Source: Trichoplax adhaerens
Taxonomy: Eukaryota; Animalia; Placozoa
NCBI RefSeq assembly: GCF_000150275.1
Contig: NW_002060963.1
Span: forward strand, 917,284-981,283
Reading direction: 5' to 3'
DNA length: 64,000 bases
Below are positions 39,855 through 52,465 of this stretch, piece by piece. The translations under genes and the position numbers were made by a program. Under the pieces are notes generated by a model. It was given only the letters and a program-made list of their open reading frames with translations. It had not been told where the DNA came from and did no database searches. Numbering within the stretch: the first letter of the stretch is position 1; every line of letters starts with the position of its first letter.

Positions 39855-42800
39855 TTAAATTGTTTTGAATAATTTCCTTGATTGATTTATAATCCTATTT
39901 CTACTAAATTTCCACATTAAGAATAAGGCTAACCCAAGAGTAATGCTTATACTTAGACATATAAAGGCAATATTTGATTTTAAATTACCAAGTGAATGTT
40001 GAGTTGGTAAATTTAAACTATCCTCACTTAGTTTGAAAGATCGAGAAGAAAACCACCTAAGATACAATGAAATCACTCCAGCAGCCAAAGCAGTATAATG
40101 TTGTAAGCATCCATCTTTGGTAAAGAATAAAATAATAGTATAATTAAATTGGGTAAATTAAACTTATCAATATAAAAACCGGAAGCATGTCAACTCCACT
40201 TCTATTTACTGTAAGTTACGCTAGTAAATTTCATATATTACTGTCACAACCGAAATCGCAACATAAAAATTAACAGGATTCTTTCCTCTAAAGTAGTCTC
40301 AACTATCTAAGCAACTGACTTGAAGCTCTCTTTAATCTACCAAACTTAGATTTGAGTCTTAGATGATAGAATACTCACGCTAAGAATCAAAACTATGTTC
40401 TAAAAGCTATTTATTAAAATGACCGATTGAACTCACAACTCCCTCAATTAAGAACTTTGAGGCTTTTATATAGCCTCACAAACTTCCTTGGTGCAAAACA
40501 ATAGTAAATTTATAGCCAAGTCTACATGCTGAATATAGCAAGAATCACAATACACTTTCTATAACAATTGACAGCAGTTAATTAATGGCTAGTTGTTAAC
40601 ATTTGATTCATTACTCAACGAAATTATATCATCGATGACTCTATAATTAATTAATTGTCAAAATTACCTTCTAATTTTTGCTCGGTTCTTTTTAATCTTT
40701 TCCTATGTGGATTAGATTCTTCATTTTCGTTCCTTTAGAAGATAGTAAGACTTATTTCAATCAAACAATACAAACTAACACAATTTACGCTACAGTTAGG
40801 TAGGGAGATACCATGATGCATCCAGTATCCGCAGTATTTCAAGTCATACAAGTGTGCTCTAGTTCAATTCGTGGAATTATAGTGCTAGTACTACTCCTTT
40901 ATAGCTCAGAAAGTGTACTTACTTCTTCAATTAAGTTACCAAATATTACAATAAATAAATAAATATATACACAGCCAAAAAATTAATCTAATAGAAGTAA
41001 ATTGAAGTACTGGTAGTTACGCAGCACAGAGACTGTGACAATTTATTAAATGATGAATAAATCTATTTTCTAGGCAAGATTAACGCAGAGGTTGACTTGA
41101 TCTCAGTAAGATCTAAACACGACTAAATACAGAATTATTTAAATACAAATTAAAGCATGATATTTTAAGTCTGTAATAATGTCTATTCAGGCACCTTGAA
41201 TCTGTAACCGTATACTTACATCTCGGATTTCTAAATGATCTACTATAAATTACTTGCAAGCAACATTGCTACTTTCAAGATTTATTGTTAATGTCTGGCT
41301 GTATGTGATCGATAATATTAGTATTCTAACACTCAAACATTTTATTTGCATTACTGTAGCTGAGAATGGATGCTAATAGAAATGTGTAATTAATTGGTTC
41401 AACTTAAACGGTTTAATTGTTAGTTACGTAGGTCTAATCAACAAACTGTTTTTTGAGATAACTGATCGTATTAATCACGACAATAGCATCAAATATTAAT
41501 AATTCAGTCAATTTATTAATTGCAATTTAACTTACTTGGGCTTATTTGGATCCAGATAAATATATGGGCCACGATAATATCGAAAACATCCATCTTGAGA
41601 TTGCCATTTTAGTATCATAGCAATAAATGTCTGGTTAATAAATTGCTGAAAGCCAGGTACCCCTGCGCACGTATAAATTTGTTCCAGAAATAAGTCTTGT
41701 TTAATTTGCTTCGATAAACCTTCTTTTAAGTTCTCTATCATGCCGTCCCATATTCGAGAGCAAAGCTGATGCTGCAATTTTAATAATCCTCCGTATTTTT
41801 GCAATTTTTTGTCCAAAATAGTAATACAACCAAATTGTTTCGCCAATAACATTGCCAATACTTGGTGGGTTAAAGTGTAATCATTGCTATTTAATGATCG
41901 AATAAAATCGATACATTCATCTGAAAGAATGCATATGATCATTAATTTTGTAACTGATTAAGAAATCAAATCTTGCATCTATATCTAATATTAAAATCTG
42001 TAGAATTAAAAATCGACGAAATACTCTGTAATTTTGCGACAAAGCATAAAGAATGTAGGAAAAATTTAGGTTTCTACCGTAAAATCTATGCTACTCTATC
42101 AATTTATTTCGATCTAAAGCAGTGATAGCACTTAATAAAATATGATCAGTAATTTAATCTGAGTATCTATAACGCAGCACATATAGCTTGTAAGCAGATG
42201 GATGAATGCAATAATGATCGTTTTAGAGATATTAATGTGATGTAAACCTGAGACAGTATCTGCACAATATAAATTATCTATCCAAAATAAATATGGCATG
42301 CTTGTCATTCAGTCTGGGTTGGCTAAAAAGAAGCACTAAGTTCGTATATCTTATGAAGTGTAGCATTCAATGATATAAAACTAGAGCTTGTATAATATGT
42401 TAACTACTTGCATGCTAATATTGAAATACTACATGAAATGCATTCACCTCTTAGTTATTAATCCTAATATAATTTGTATTAAAGTAAAGCTCAGTTACCT
42501 GTAAATGTGCATATAGGGTGCTCTTTGACTCCCATTATGTCTAGCATATAACGATCCATACTTTTGATTTGATTCCTATCGATTTTATGAGCAATGTTCT
42601 GATGATAATTTAGTTCAATCAGTTGATGAGGAATTGGGATAGAGTTTTCGAACATTTTAGAGAACGCTTTGTAAGTAGGATCTGCTTTCTTCAACTTGGA
42701 TGTTATGTCCTCAATTACCTTATCTGCTGTAGTAAATAACTCTCGGAGTCTTGTAATTTGTTCTTCAGTAAGAATAGATTTGCCTTCATCTGCTTCTTTC

Positions 42801-43707
42801 AGAGTGACTTTGACATATTCTGTAATAGCAATAGAATAAAAAATAATTGAAGACTCATTAAGTCAATCTTTATCTAGATTATTTACTTCAACTGACTGTG
42901 ATCTAAATGATTTAGTTATCTTACCCTCAGATGATATGGTAGAAAATCAATTTTATACCAAAAGTGAGACGATATTTTACTCAGAAAGTACAATCATTTG
43001 GTGAAATGCCTAGACATTCTTATTGATGATGAGGCAATAATTCAATAGCGATAATAATTAAGGGAATTACTACATTTTTCCGTGATAACATGAATCTTTT
43101 TCTATGCTAATGAATGGGAAACTCTTTTGGTGACAAATGCCGATGAAATATTATCCAAGTATGTGCAGTGTAAACTGGTACTATTCTACATGAATATACT
43201 ACCATTCGGCGGTGGTTAACAGTCTTATGCTAACGCAGTAAGAGACACAAATTTCTGTATTACCTCACTAATTATTGTTAGTTCTAGGATTATTAAGCAA
43301 TAGCTTGATGGAAAGGTATACTTAAATATCCGAAAGTAATAAAATCTATTTCAGACTTTATATATATGGCATTTTTTGGCGTTAATAAATATTTTTTCAA
43401 GACATTTACAGTTTGAGTTACAATGCAAATCAAATTCAAAACTTCTCCAGCTCATAATCTTTTCTAGTTTAAAATTTAAATAACAAAATAGATATCAAAG
43501 CTACAAACCTTTGGAGGTATAAAGTCCATAAATGGAATCCATTATAATTTTGTCTCGGTTTTTAGTGTAAAATGATATAATACCTCTCCATGATTCAATT
43601 AAATCATCAACTGTGACAGTTGGATAAGAATATTCTTGATTAGTGACAAAGTAAAGCTTTGTGATGAATATTAGAATAGTAAGACTAGCTTGAAAAATGT
43701 GAGCCAT
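39855..43707 (-). CDS. UPF0764/C16orf89-like protein with C-terminal transmembrane segment, 5 exons
   Basis: Signal peptide; IISFY..IIMDSIYGLY; ADPTYKAFSKMF; YTLTHQVLAMLLAKQFGC; QDLFLEQIYTCAG..GF..ILKWQSQDGCF; KRTEQKLEDGCLQHYTALAAGVISLYLRW. These match the C16orf89 family motif pattern; a hydrophobic segment and basic tail follow. Confidence 0.82.
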
Positions 43708-44960
43708 TTCAATTTCAATATTTCAGTATTACTTTGTCATCTAATTCATCTTTTTACATTCGGAAATACTCTAGTTGCATGCTTTGGTTATAAGTTATGA
43801 TAAAGAGCAAGTATTATTAATAACTTTACTCAAGATTTGGCGGAAAGAAGATCAACCAAAGAGTTGAAATGATGTTCAGTAACTATTTTTGTTAATAGTT
43901 ACATGCTATGATTCATAAATATTAATAATTTATTCTTACTGCGTTACAATGGAATCACTTTTATAATGTTAAAACTAATTACATTTACTTCGTATTTTAT
44001 ACTCAGCAAATAAAATATATGCAAGAAAATAAAGATAATTATTTTATAAATAAATATTTACATTATATAAATAAGATCTGATTGGATTTACGCAATTAAT
44101 CTAATTGTATTAACGAATATAGTTAATCGTGATTCATGTATTTTAATCATTTGACTTTGACTACATGAATATGAATTACTTAATGTCGTTTAATTAAACT
44201 TTAATCTGATATGCTTGTTTAGTGTATTTTACATATTTTGCAACATTTTTCTATTACTGGAGTAAATGAGTTGATAAATGATTATGTAATAAGTTATTAG
44301 TACTGTAGTCATAATTTAGGTTGGTGTACGTCTAATTTTTTGTGCAATATTACAGCTTATTTATGATAGCGACTAACTGAATTCAGATGCAGTTAAAGTG
44401 CACTGGAAGCACATTTAATAGACAAAGTTGACATTACAAAGAGTGAAAATTGTCACAAAATGGTCACATTTTTAATTATTACCATACTTATTGATGTGAC
44501 TTGCAGTAACTCATAATTTCTAGAAGAAAGAAATTTATATGCTATAAAGTAATGTTAACAAGTGTCCTATGTAATGAAATGAAATATGTAGATATCAAGC
44601 TACAAGAACTTCTAAAAAACTTTGATGCTACTCCTTAACACTCTGATCGACTTAGCGAAACTTTGACACTACATAAAATTGGGGAAACAACCGATCAACA
44701 ATTTATTAAGAAAACGTGGGAGAGATAGATCAAGCAACCTTCCAAATACTTAATTCTAAGTATTATAAGTAAAGAAATAAAAAAACGACAGAACTGAAAC
44801 CGTCAACAACCAAACAACCTAACAAAAAGAAGGACGTTTTAACTTACAACAGTTCGACCTTGAAGGCTTTTAAAATTCAACAAGTTCTTCAAAAGAATCT
44901 TCTTTAATCTCTACTCTAAATTTTCTGATTGCACTATCATTTATAGGCTTCGCAGAGCAC

Positions 44961-45619
44961 TTGATGTTTTAGCATGAAGTTGTATGGTAACTGTACAATT
45001 ATCGCCGCTGTGGTATTTAAAACTAAATATTTAATAACCAATCACTCTTAAGATCCATTTTGGAAAACTGCTTTGCACCACATAAGAAAACAAAAATCAT
45101 TCAAAATTCAGAAACAATCTACCCTATAATTCCCTTACAAAAAACTGTAAAACCAACAAACTAACTATAAAATACATCAAGCTTCAGTTCTAACATTATA
45201 CATTATAAAAGTCTAAAAATTAACCTATGAACATCATGATTTAGTCATAAAAATAACAGTCTAACTACTTTACAATCAACACAACCTCTACCATTTGCCA
45301 TCTTATTTTCTATTTTCTCAACTAAACTTTCCTGTTGTAACTTTCATATCACGTTATAAAATTCCAAAGTTTCAAATTCATAACGAAAAGTTTAAATTTC
45401 AAAAATCAACTCTTACAACATTTTCTAAAAATTAAAATCCTAAAATTATATCGAACATAGATCAGACCGGTTCCGGAATCTGAATCCAAAAAGTCCGAAT
45501 TTTATAAAGATCACATAATCGCATATCATAAAATTTTCTATGATAACATGACTACTTTTCTGACATTAGTATTGACAGTTGATGTTTTAGCATGAAGTTG
45601 TACGGTAACTGTACGATTA
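44961..45619. repeat. 41-bp dispersed direct repeat bracketing an A/C-rich segment
   Basis: TTGATGTTTTAGCATGAAGTTGTA(T/C)GGTAACTGTAC(A/G)ATTA at 44961-45001 and 45579-45619. Confidence 0.85.
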
Positions 45620-47239
45620 CAACCTACATTACAGTACTTTATTCTCATGCTATAAATCCCCTTTCTCTATTGATAGGGCTTTGTTACTAAGTCAAATTCA
45701 TTTACAATTTTAAAAGACTATCAAACGCCCTTTCGTTAGATTAGGCGATTGCTCTTAGGTTATTCCTATAGTAATCTATATAATATATTGTAAAATAGTG
45801 AAGAAGAAAAGATGGCGATATCATGATTTGGCATTGTAAAATTTAAAGATACTATCACTTTGTAGGTAATTTTCTATAGTAAAGTAATAATAGTTATATA
45901 CTAAAACCTATAAAGGACTCTGCTTATAGTCCTTTACTACAAGTCAATGCGAGAGGTAATTATATAAGGAGAACGGCTGATATTGTTTACAAAAAAGAAA
46001 GTTCAGTCAAATCATATTTTGCGATTCGCTTCTACATTCAGCTATCAATACATCAATAATAAATCTTTTATTGAAATTATAATTATAAATTGACTGAAGT
46101 AATATACAAGATTTGCACTAGTTATACACTACTAAGAGAGCAATTTTGAAGAAATAAGTCCGGTAATTAAAAACGAATCATTACTAAAATTACTTTTTAT
46201 TGGACTATATATATTTGTGCTCATCATTCTGCCCTTAATGCATTTATTGACAATTACTACCAAAATAGCTAACTTTTAGATGTAAAGTACTGATGTAATG
46301 ATGTAACTAACTTTTAGATGTTAACTGCAGTGGATAAAGATATTGCTCTGTAACCCAATCGTAATAAATTTGGTATTGCTTTTGGGATACTATCTACACA
46401 AATTTAGTTATTTTATTGCACATTCGTTACTTCACTGATATATTGTTGCCCTTCTAGTCTTTTTCGCTAGGTTAGGGGTAATTATATCAGATACTCTGGC
46501 TAGTTGCAATGCACTAAAATACACAATCTAAAATTACTAATAAGTTATCTATATTAGTCTCTGAAGCTTCCAGTCTAACTTGCATAAAATCACTCCTAAT
46601 TTTAACAGCTTATTACATTGTTATAGTAATTAACTTGATTACAGCAATCTCCAATCCGCTATCGTTTTTAGAGTAAGAACGAATTGGAGGAATTATAACA
46701 AAATCTGTTCTATAAGCTGTAATTAAAGTGTAGATCACACAAATAATTTTATAATTGCAGATGCATTACCGATTGAGATACCACGTAATAATACAATAAG
46801 CTTTAACAGACAAGGAAAACTTCTTACAACAGCAGATCTTCAAAAAGAAGATCTAAGAACAACAATAACAGAAAAGCGTAGCTGCTTAAATACATTGTCT
46901 AACTTGTTTATAGCATAACGACCGCGAATAATATCGCTTAATACTTCCAGATTTTAGTATGAGAATAAGATTCTATGATTACCATTACTGTTTATTCTAC
47001 TAAACTAAAATCAACATACCTGAATTATCACAAACATTACTTATATATACCTATTATTGTCAGCAGCACTAAATTTTGGTATTATTTTTAAGTTATATCC
47101 AATTTTCTTCTATATATCACGTTGACAATGATAACTTATCTAAGAGCTTCACTATAGGAATTTTACGGGGTACCTATTACGAAATAACATCGTGAATGCC
47201 ATATCGACGAACAATATACCATTTACTGATCGTGAGCAG

Positions 47240-47365
47240 TAGACCATCCTAAAATATCAAAACTACTTAAAGTATTTCGCAATCCCATTGCTGGTGATAC
47301 TTAAACTATTACATTATAATTATCTAAAAATATTGTATGTAGTTTTGATATTTTAGGATGGTCTA
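47240..47365. mobile_element. MITE-like element with perfect terminal inverted repeats and TA ends
   Basis: TAGACCATCCTAAAATATCAAAACTAC (47240-47266) is the exact reverse complement of GTAGTTTTGATATTTTAGGATGGTCTA (47339-47365); 72-bp non-coding core. Confidence 0.8.
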
Positions 47366-49640
47366 GTGTGCAGTTAAGAGCCTACTTTAGTGGAATAACT
47401 TCCGGTAATTTGAGAAAATGATAGCAAGAGTATTTTCTTCCATCCTATCGGTTTAATTGTTTTGAAAGAAATCAATATCTACTGTATAGATTATAACGAT
47501 AAATAGTATATTATTTATCTATGAAATGACACAGATCATAACTTACTTTTAGACCGTTATAATTTTGCAATTGTCATTCTGCCAGGTATTAACAAATTGG
47601 ATTTATAATAAAGTGCAAATTAGTCAGTATTTTTAGAGCTATTTTACGGTGTTTGCAAAAAGAACTTTTTTGTATTAGTATCGAATTCCCTTCTACAAGC
47701 TAGTATTAAAAGTCTTTGGTTTGTAGTATTCGCACTATATTAGGCTAGATTACTATTAAAGCTATCCGCATCATCAGTCTAAAATAATCATAGGAATGAA
47801 TCAGACTGGAGAAGAACAATGCATTGAATTTACAAGCTAGTGAGGATATTATTGTGACTATATTAGTTATTTTTGTTAGAACGTATTGTAAAAATAAAAT
47901 TTAACTTAGAAATAATTTAGTGTGAATTAAAAGTAGTCTTTTGTAGTCATTAAGTCATATTTTACGATTATGATAAGGTGAACATGTTACTTTTGCCTAC
48001 TATAGAAATACAGTAATTGTAGAATTTTCGTTGCTATAAAAATTCTTATATGATGCTATTCGAAAGCTCTTGCTTATAATCTCCAGGTTGCTAAATTGTA
48101 AAGCATTTAAGCAACTTTACCTTTCTTGTAGAGATAGAAGTAGTTCATCCGGATGAATAGATAGTTTTAAGAAAATTTACTTTTACTAACTGAGAAAATT
48201 TTATCCGTCAGAGCTTGCTGCAGTACTAGTGAGTAAATTCGATGCTGATAAATTATAAAGTCCGTTATATTTCGAGGCTTCCTTGAGCATACATTGTTAT
48301 TAAACAAGCAGTTCTCGTTAAAAAATGTATCACTGGTACTTTCAGAAATTTGAATTTGAACCTTTTATTATAGCTATTCATGCCTGTTAATCATTCAGTA
48401 ATAATGTCGTCAAATTTCGCAATATTGTAATGTTTCCTTTGATGAAAATTCATTGCGAATTAACAGATATTTTGTTAACTCTTGCGAAATAGGATGCATT
48501 ATAGGTGCTTAGATTCTCGCTCTTCAGCAATTATTATAATAAAACGATATTTTTAGATTAGCCTTGATCTAATTCTATAGTGAAACAATACCAAGTATCG
48601 ATTGACTAACATAAACTAGAAGACGGGATATGAGTAATTTACCTTAACTTTGCACTCCTACATACTCACCAAGGTGATTGTGATATATACCGATCACGAA
48701 GTTCCAAATTTTAGAAAAATTGTGGCTTTATTGAATCTTATACAAAGATTAACTACACACAGCTCTACTCTAGTCGAATCCTACTACAAAAGAGTTCTAG
48801 CATGAACTAACAGAATAATCTAAAGTTGTATGCTTTTATACTTTTCGTAGCATTCGCAGCTACAATCCGCATGGCAACCTTTTACCTTATTTTACACATA
48901 GTGTCTTATGATAAATATAGAAGTTACGCTACCGTACAGTATACTAAACATGGCTAACAGTCTACAATCACAATACTAAGTTATATAACAGTGATTTATG
49001 CAAGTAGCGTTACTTATTTAGCGAAGAGTAGCTACTATTTAATATGTATGGCAGCATATTATCAGTTCATGAACTAATATGGTTAATTTAATAATCATTT
49101 TATAGGAGTAAATTTAAATCTATGATTAAGAAGTTGTAGTAAAGTAGAGTTGATATGAATGCAAGTGCATATTGATCGTCAATGATTGGCGACTGCTAAA
49201 AAGATAAGAACTAGATTTTTAAATTCAAAGCTTGCACTGAATGTTATAAGGGGAATAGAAACTACGCTAAAATTCTAAGATTAATCTACTAGCTATTATC
49301 AGACTAAAGTAATTAAGATAAATTAAATTTGTGTGCTTTTTAGTTGAGTATTTAAGAAAGAAAAGGCAATTTGTTTATCCAGAAGAATCTTCTTGGCCTT
49401 TAAAAAATTCTGATGGAAAAGTTATATTGTTTTGTCTATTTGTAGCTAGCTGCTATATTTGATGTTTCTATGGTAAGCCTATAATAGGGGAAAAGTAGCT
49501 ACTTAACTATTACCAGGATATCATTGAGAAAGTAAAAAATTCTCACGTGTTAGGTTTACAGATTTAGATTTTAAAAGATATTTTTACTCTTACCAGATGT
49601 ATTCAGAAAATGTAATTTCTCATGATCTATATGTGGTCCC

Positions 49641-51287
49641 TCAAATAAAGGCGGTATCTAGATAGTATAATGTAAAATATTTACTACAAGTGGTGCCGTA
49701 ATTATTTGATTATCATATTACGGCTTGTTAGTGCAATTACTCACCTTTACAAGCTGCTTCATCCAAATCATTCCTATCATCTGATACTATATATAGATTT
49801 TCACATACTTTTGTTGAATGAACTACACGGAATAAAATTTATTCGGAATCAGCCTTAAATTTTTTATAAAATCCAAAGATATAAGTCTCCTTTAACATAT
49901 GATATTTTAGCTAATCATAGAGACAACAGTTGATATAAAGTCTCTCCTATTGCAATAATGACATAATTTTGATGAATTTAAAGGTTTACGAGATATCCTC
50001 CTAAGAGAACTTTCATTCTCCGCTTCGTTTGTGTATGTAATTTCGCACTTATTACCATTAGTGTTAGTGGATCCGGTGGTGTGGAGACTATTATGACATT
50101 CCCTTCCTGGATAGTAAAGTTCTTCATAATTGCTAAATTGATCATATTTAGTCCTGCTAGCTGTATCTTGATGGCTTGCTATTGTTGTGGTATACTGTTG
50201 CAATGGCTATCCATTGCAAAGAAAAAGTATAATCATTTGCTTTGCTTAAACAAATCGATTTAAATGCTCTTCAATAAATTACCACTTCAGGGCGAATATT
50301 GTCTAATTTGGAATTCTGTGATTCCATCAAAGCTCCTATAAATGGAATAAAATTGAGTTGTCTGATCGAATTAATTAAGCATTAAGTAAAAATTTCTTTA
50401 GTGCTAACGTCAGTCAATTTATTGCTTCGAAAACAAGATTCACAATTTAAATCACTATTTTACCTAATTTTCTTGTTAATACTTCTAATGGATACTTTTT
50501 CGTTGATGATTTAAAGCACCTTTAAGAATTTCACATCAGTAACAAAAATATATTGAGATTCAAGTAAATTAATTTCCCAAGGATATTAATAAGGTTGGTA
50601 AAGCAGAGAATTTATTTTTCCTGACTAACCATGTTTTATATTTTTTGCAAAGTGCAACTCCTATCAAAGCCAAAAATAAGAATAGAACGCCAAAACTGAT
50701 AGCTAACGGTACCAGTACCGTTAAAAGGTTTGCCCCTGGAGTATGGGTTGTACACATAATCCCTATTTTGATCAAATAAATCCTTATTCAAAATTATGGA
50801 AATTAAGAGCATATTTAAGCAATGATTATAGATATAAATGCAAGAATTTATGTTTATAGACAAGAAATTATTGCAAGCAGCATATTACGAACATTAGTAA
50901 TTTAAAATAGCAAGCCTCGTATAAAGCTGCGGTATCATAAGTGTAATTAAAGATTATACGTCTATCAACCTGGAATATGACTGATAGATTGACTATATTC
51001 CTTGAATTCGCCCCTATTGTTCTTTACTTTCACGACTATTCGATAAAAATACGTAGCATTTGATACAAAAGTATCAATAACTAAATTATTTTTGCCAGGT
51101 AAGGGTGTGAAATAAATTTTTTGAGTTCGGGTAGATTCTGTTTCCAAACCATACTCCATTGAAACTATCATTTTACTATTATTTGGCATATTTTCGAACG
51201 TCCAAGCCAAATTGATTGCTGTACAGTTTTCATCCTCTACAACTAATTTCTTAATGACTATTTCTTGGCTACTTTGGTTCAACAGCA
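49641..51287 (-). CDS. FN3-like domain, transmembrane and Tyr-containing cytoplasmic exons; probably the 3' end of the SRCR/EGF gene
   Basis: FN3-like exon 50970-51287 (NCTAINLAW..YG..LVIDTFVSNATYFYRIVVK); TM exon (VLVPLAISFGVLFLFLALIGVALCKK); phase-consistent cytoplasmic exons with NYEELY and ENLY; stop DTAFI* at 49641. Confidence 0.75.
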
Positions 51288-51595
51288 CTGAAATAAGAAT
51301 AAAAAATAAGTAAGAAATATTTGTGTCTTTCAGCATCATTTAGATAGCATATTTCTATCTTAAATTACTACTAGCACTATTCTCAGTTACTTATGCTAGT
51401 AAGAAATATAAATCGTCTAATACCGAGTAGAGTAGTCCCAAATCAGTTTAAGAATACAATCATAGAATTACACGAAAATAGGTCAATTGAACGTTGGATT
51501 GCGAGACTGCATAAATATCTATTTGTAAAAGATAACTATAGCACGTATCGTAACAATTTTATTGAGATGTTTACATTAAGGTTCAGAGATATAAC

Positions 51596-51700
51596 CGGCC
51601 AATACGCGTATTGGCCGCGTATTGGCCCGGGCATTACGCGTAATGGCCAATATTACCGGGCAATACGCGTATTGGCTAACTTCGGGTTTTGGCCGTAACC
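51596..51700. repeat. GC-rich cluster of ACGCGT-centred palindromes
   Basis: GGCCAATACGCGTATTGGCC (perfect 20-mer), CATTACGCGTAATG and CAATACGCGTATTG within ~100 bp of AT-rich surroundings. Confidence 0.85.
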
Positions 51701-52126
51701 TATAGATTGGGCCAAGAATGTGGGTACATTGAGATTTTTATTCTGATGCTTTAATTAGAAGCACGACTTATGAATAGAACTAATCTTGCGACTTAATTGG
51801 CAAAATATGGTTGTGTAGCTGAAAGAATCATTCTATATCTAATTGCTTATAAATGATGGGTTTAACAGCAATAATTTAAACAGTCAGATTGAAACTAGGT
51901 AGTCCTTGGTAGTTGTATACGTAATAAAGTGGAGTTTACAAGAAACTGTAGTTCTTTTTTTATTATTTTTGAGACAATCTATCAAATAAAGTAATGTATT
52001 AAACTATTTTATTGGTAAATAAATTAAATCACATCAATAGAATAAGACAAAGAATGGATTATAACTGAAATATCATCATTACGATCTAACTTTAGAATGC
52101 ATAAGGGTATAAATAATACAATAGTG

Positions 52127-52465
52127 NNNNNNNNNNNNNNNNNNNNNNNNNNNNNNNNNNNNNNNNNNNNNNNNNNNNNNNNNNNNNNNNNNNNNNNNNN
52201 NNNNNNNNNNNNNNNNNNNNNNNNNNNNNNNNNNNNNNNNNNNNNNNNNNNNNNNNNNNNNNNNNNNNNNNNNNNNNNNNNNNNNNNNNNNNNNNNNNNN
52301 NNNNNNNNNNNNNNNNNNNNNNNNNNNNNNNNNNNNNNNNNNNNNNNNNNNNNNNNNNNNNNNNNNNNNNNNNNNNNNNNNNNNNNNNNNNNNNNNNNNN
52401 NNNNNNNNNNNNNNNNNNNNNNNNNNNNNNNNNNNNNNNNNNNNNNNNNNNNNNNNNNNNNNNNN
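52127..52465. other. Assembly gap (N run)
   Basis: Continuous Ns; interrupts an EGF exon at 52466. Confidence 1.

Noticed and set aside
51288-51339. Signal peptide MMLKDTNISYLFFILISV for a stand-alone FN3-TM gene
   Set aside because: More simply explained as an intronic polypyrimidine tract and acceptor. Not fully excluded; see the receptor finding.
51393-51698. 101-aa + strand ORF
   Set aside because: Partly kept open by the GC-rich palindrome cluster; no family features or splice context.
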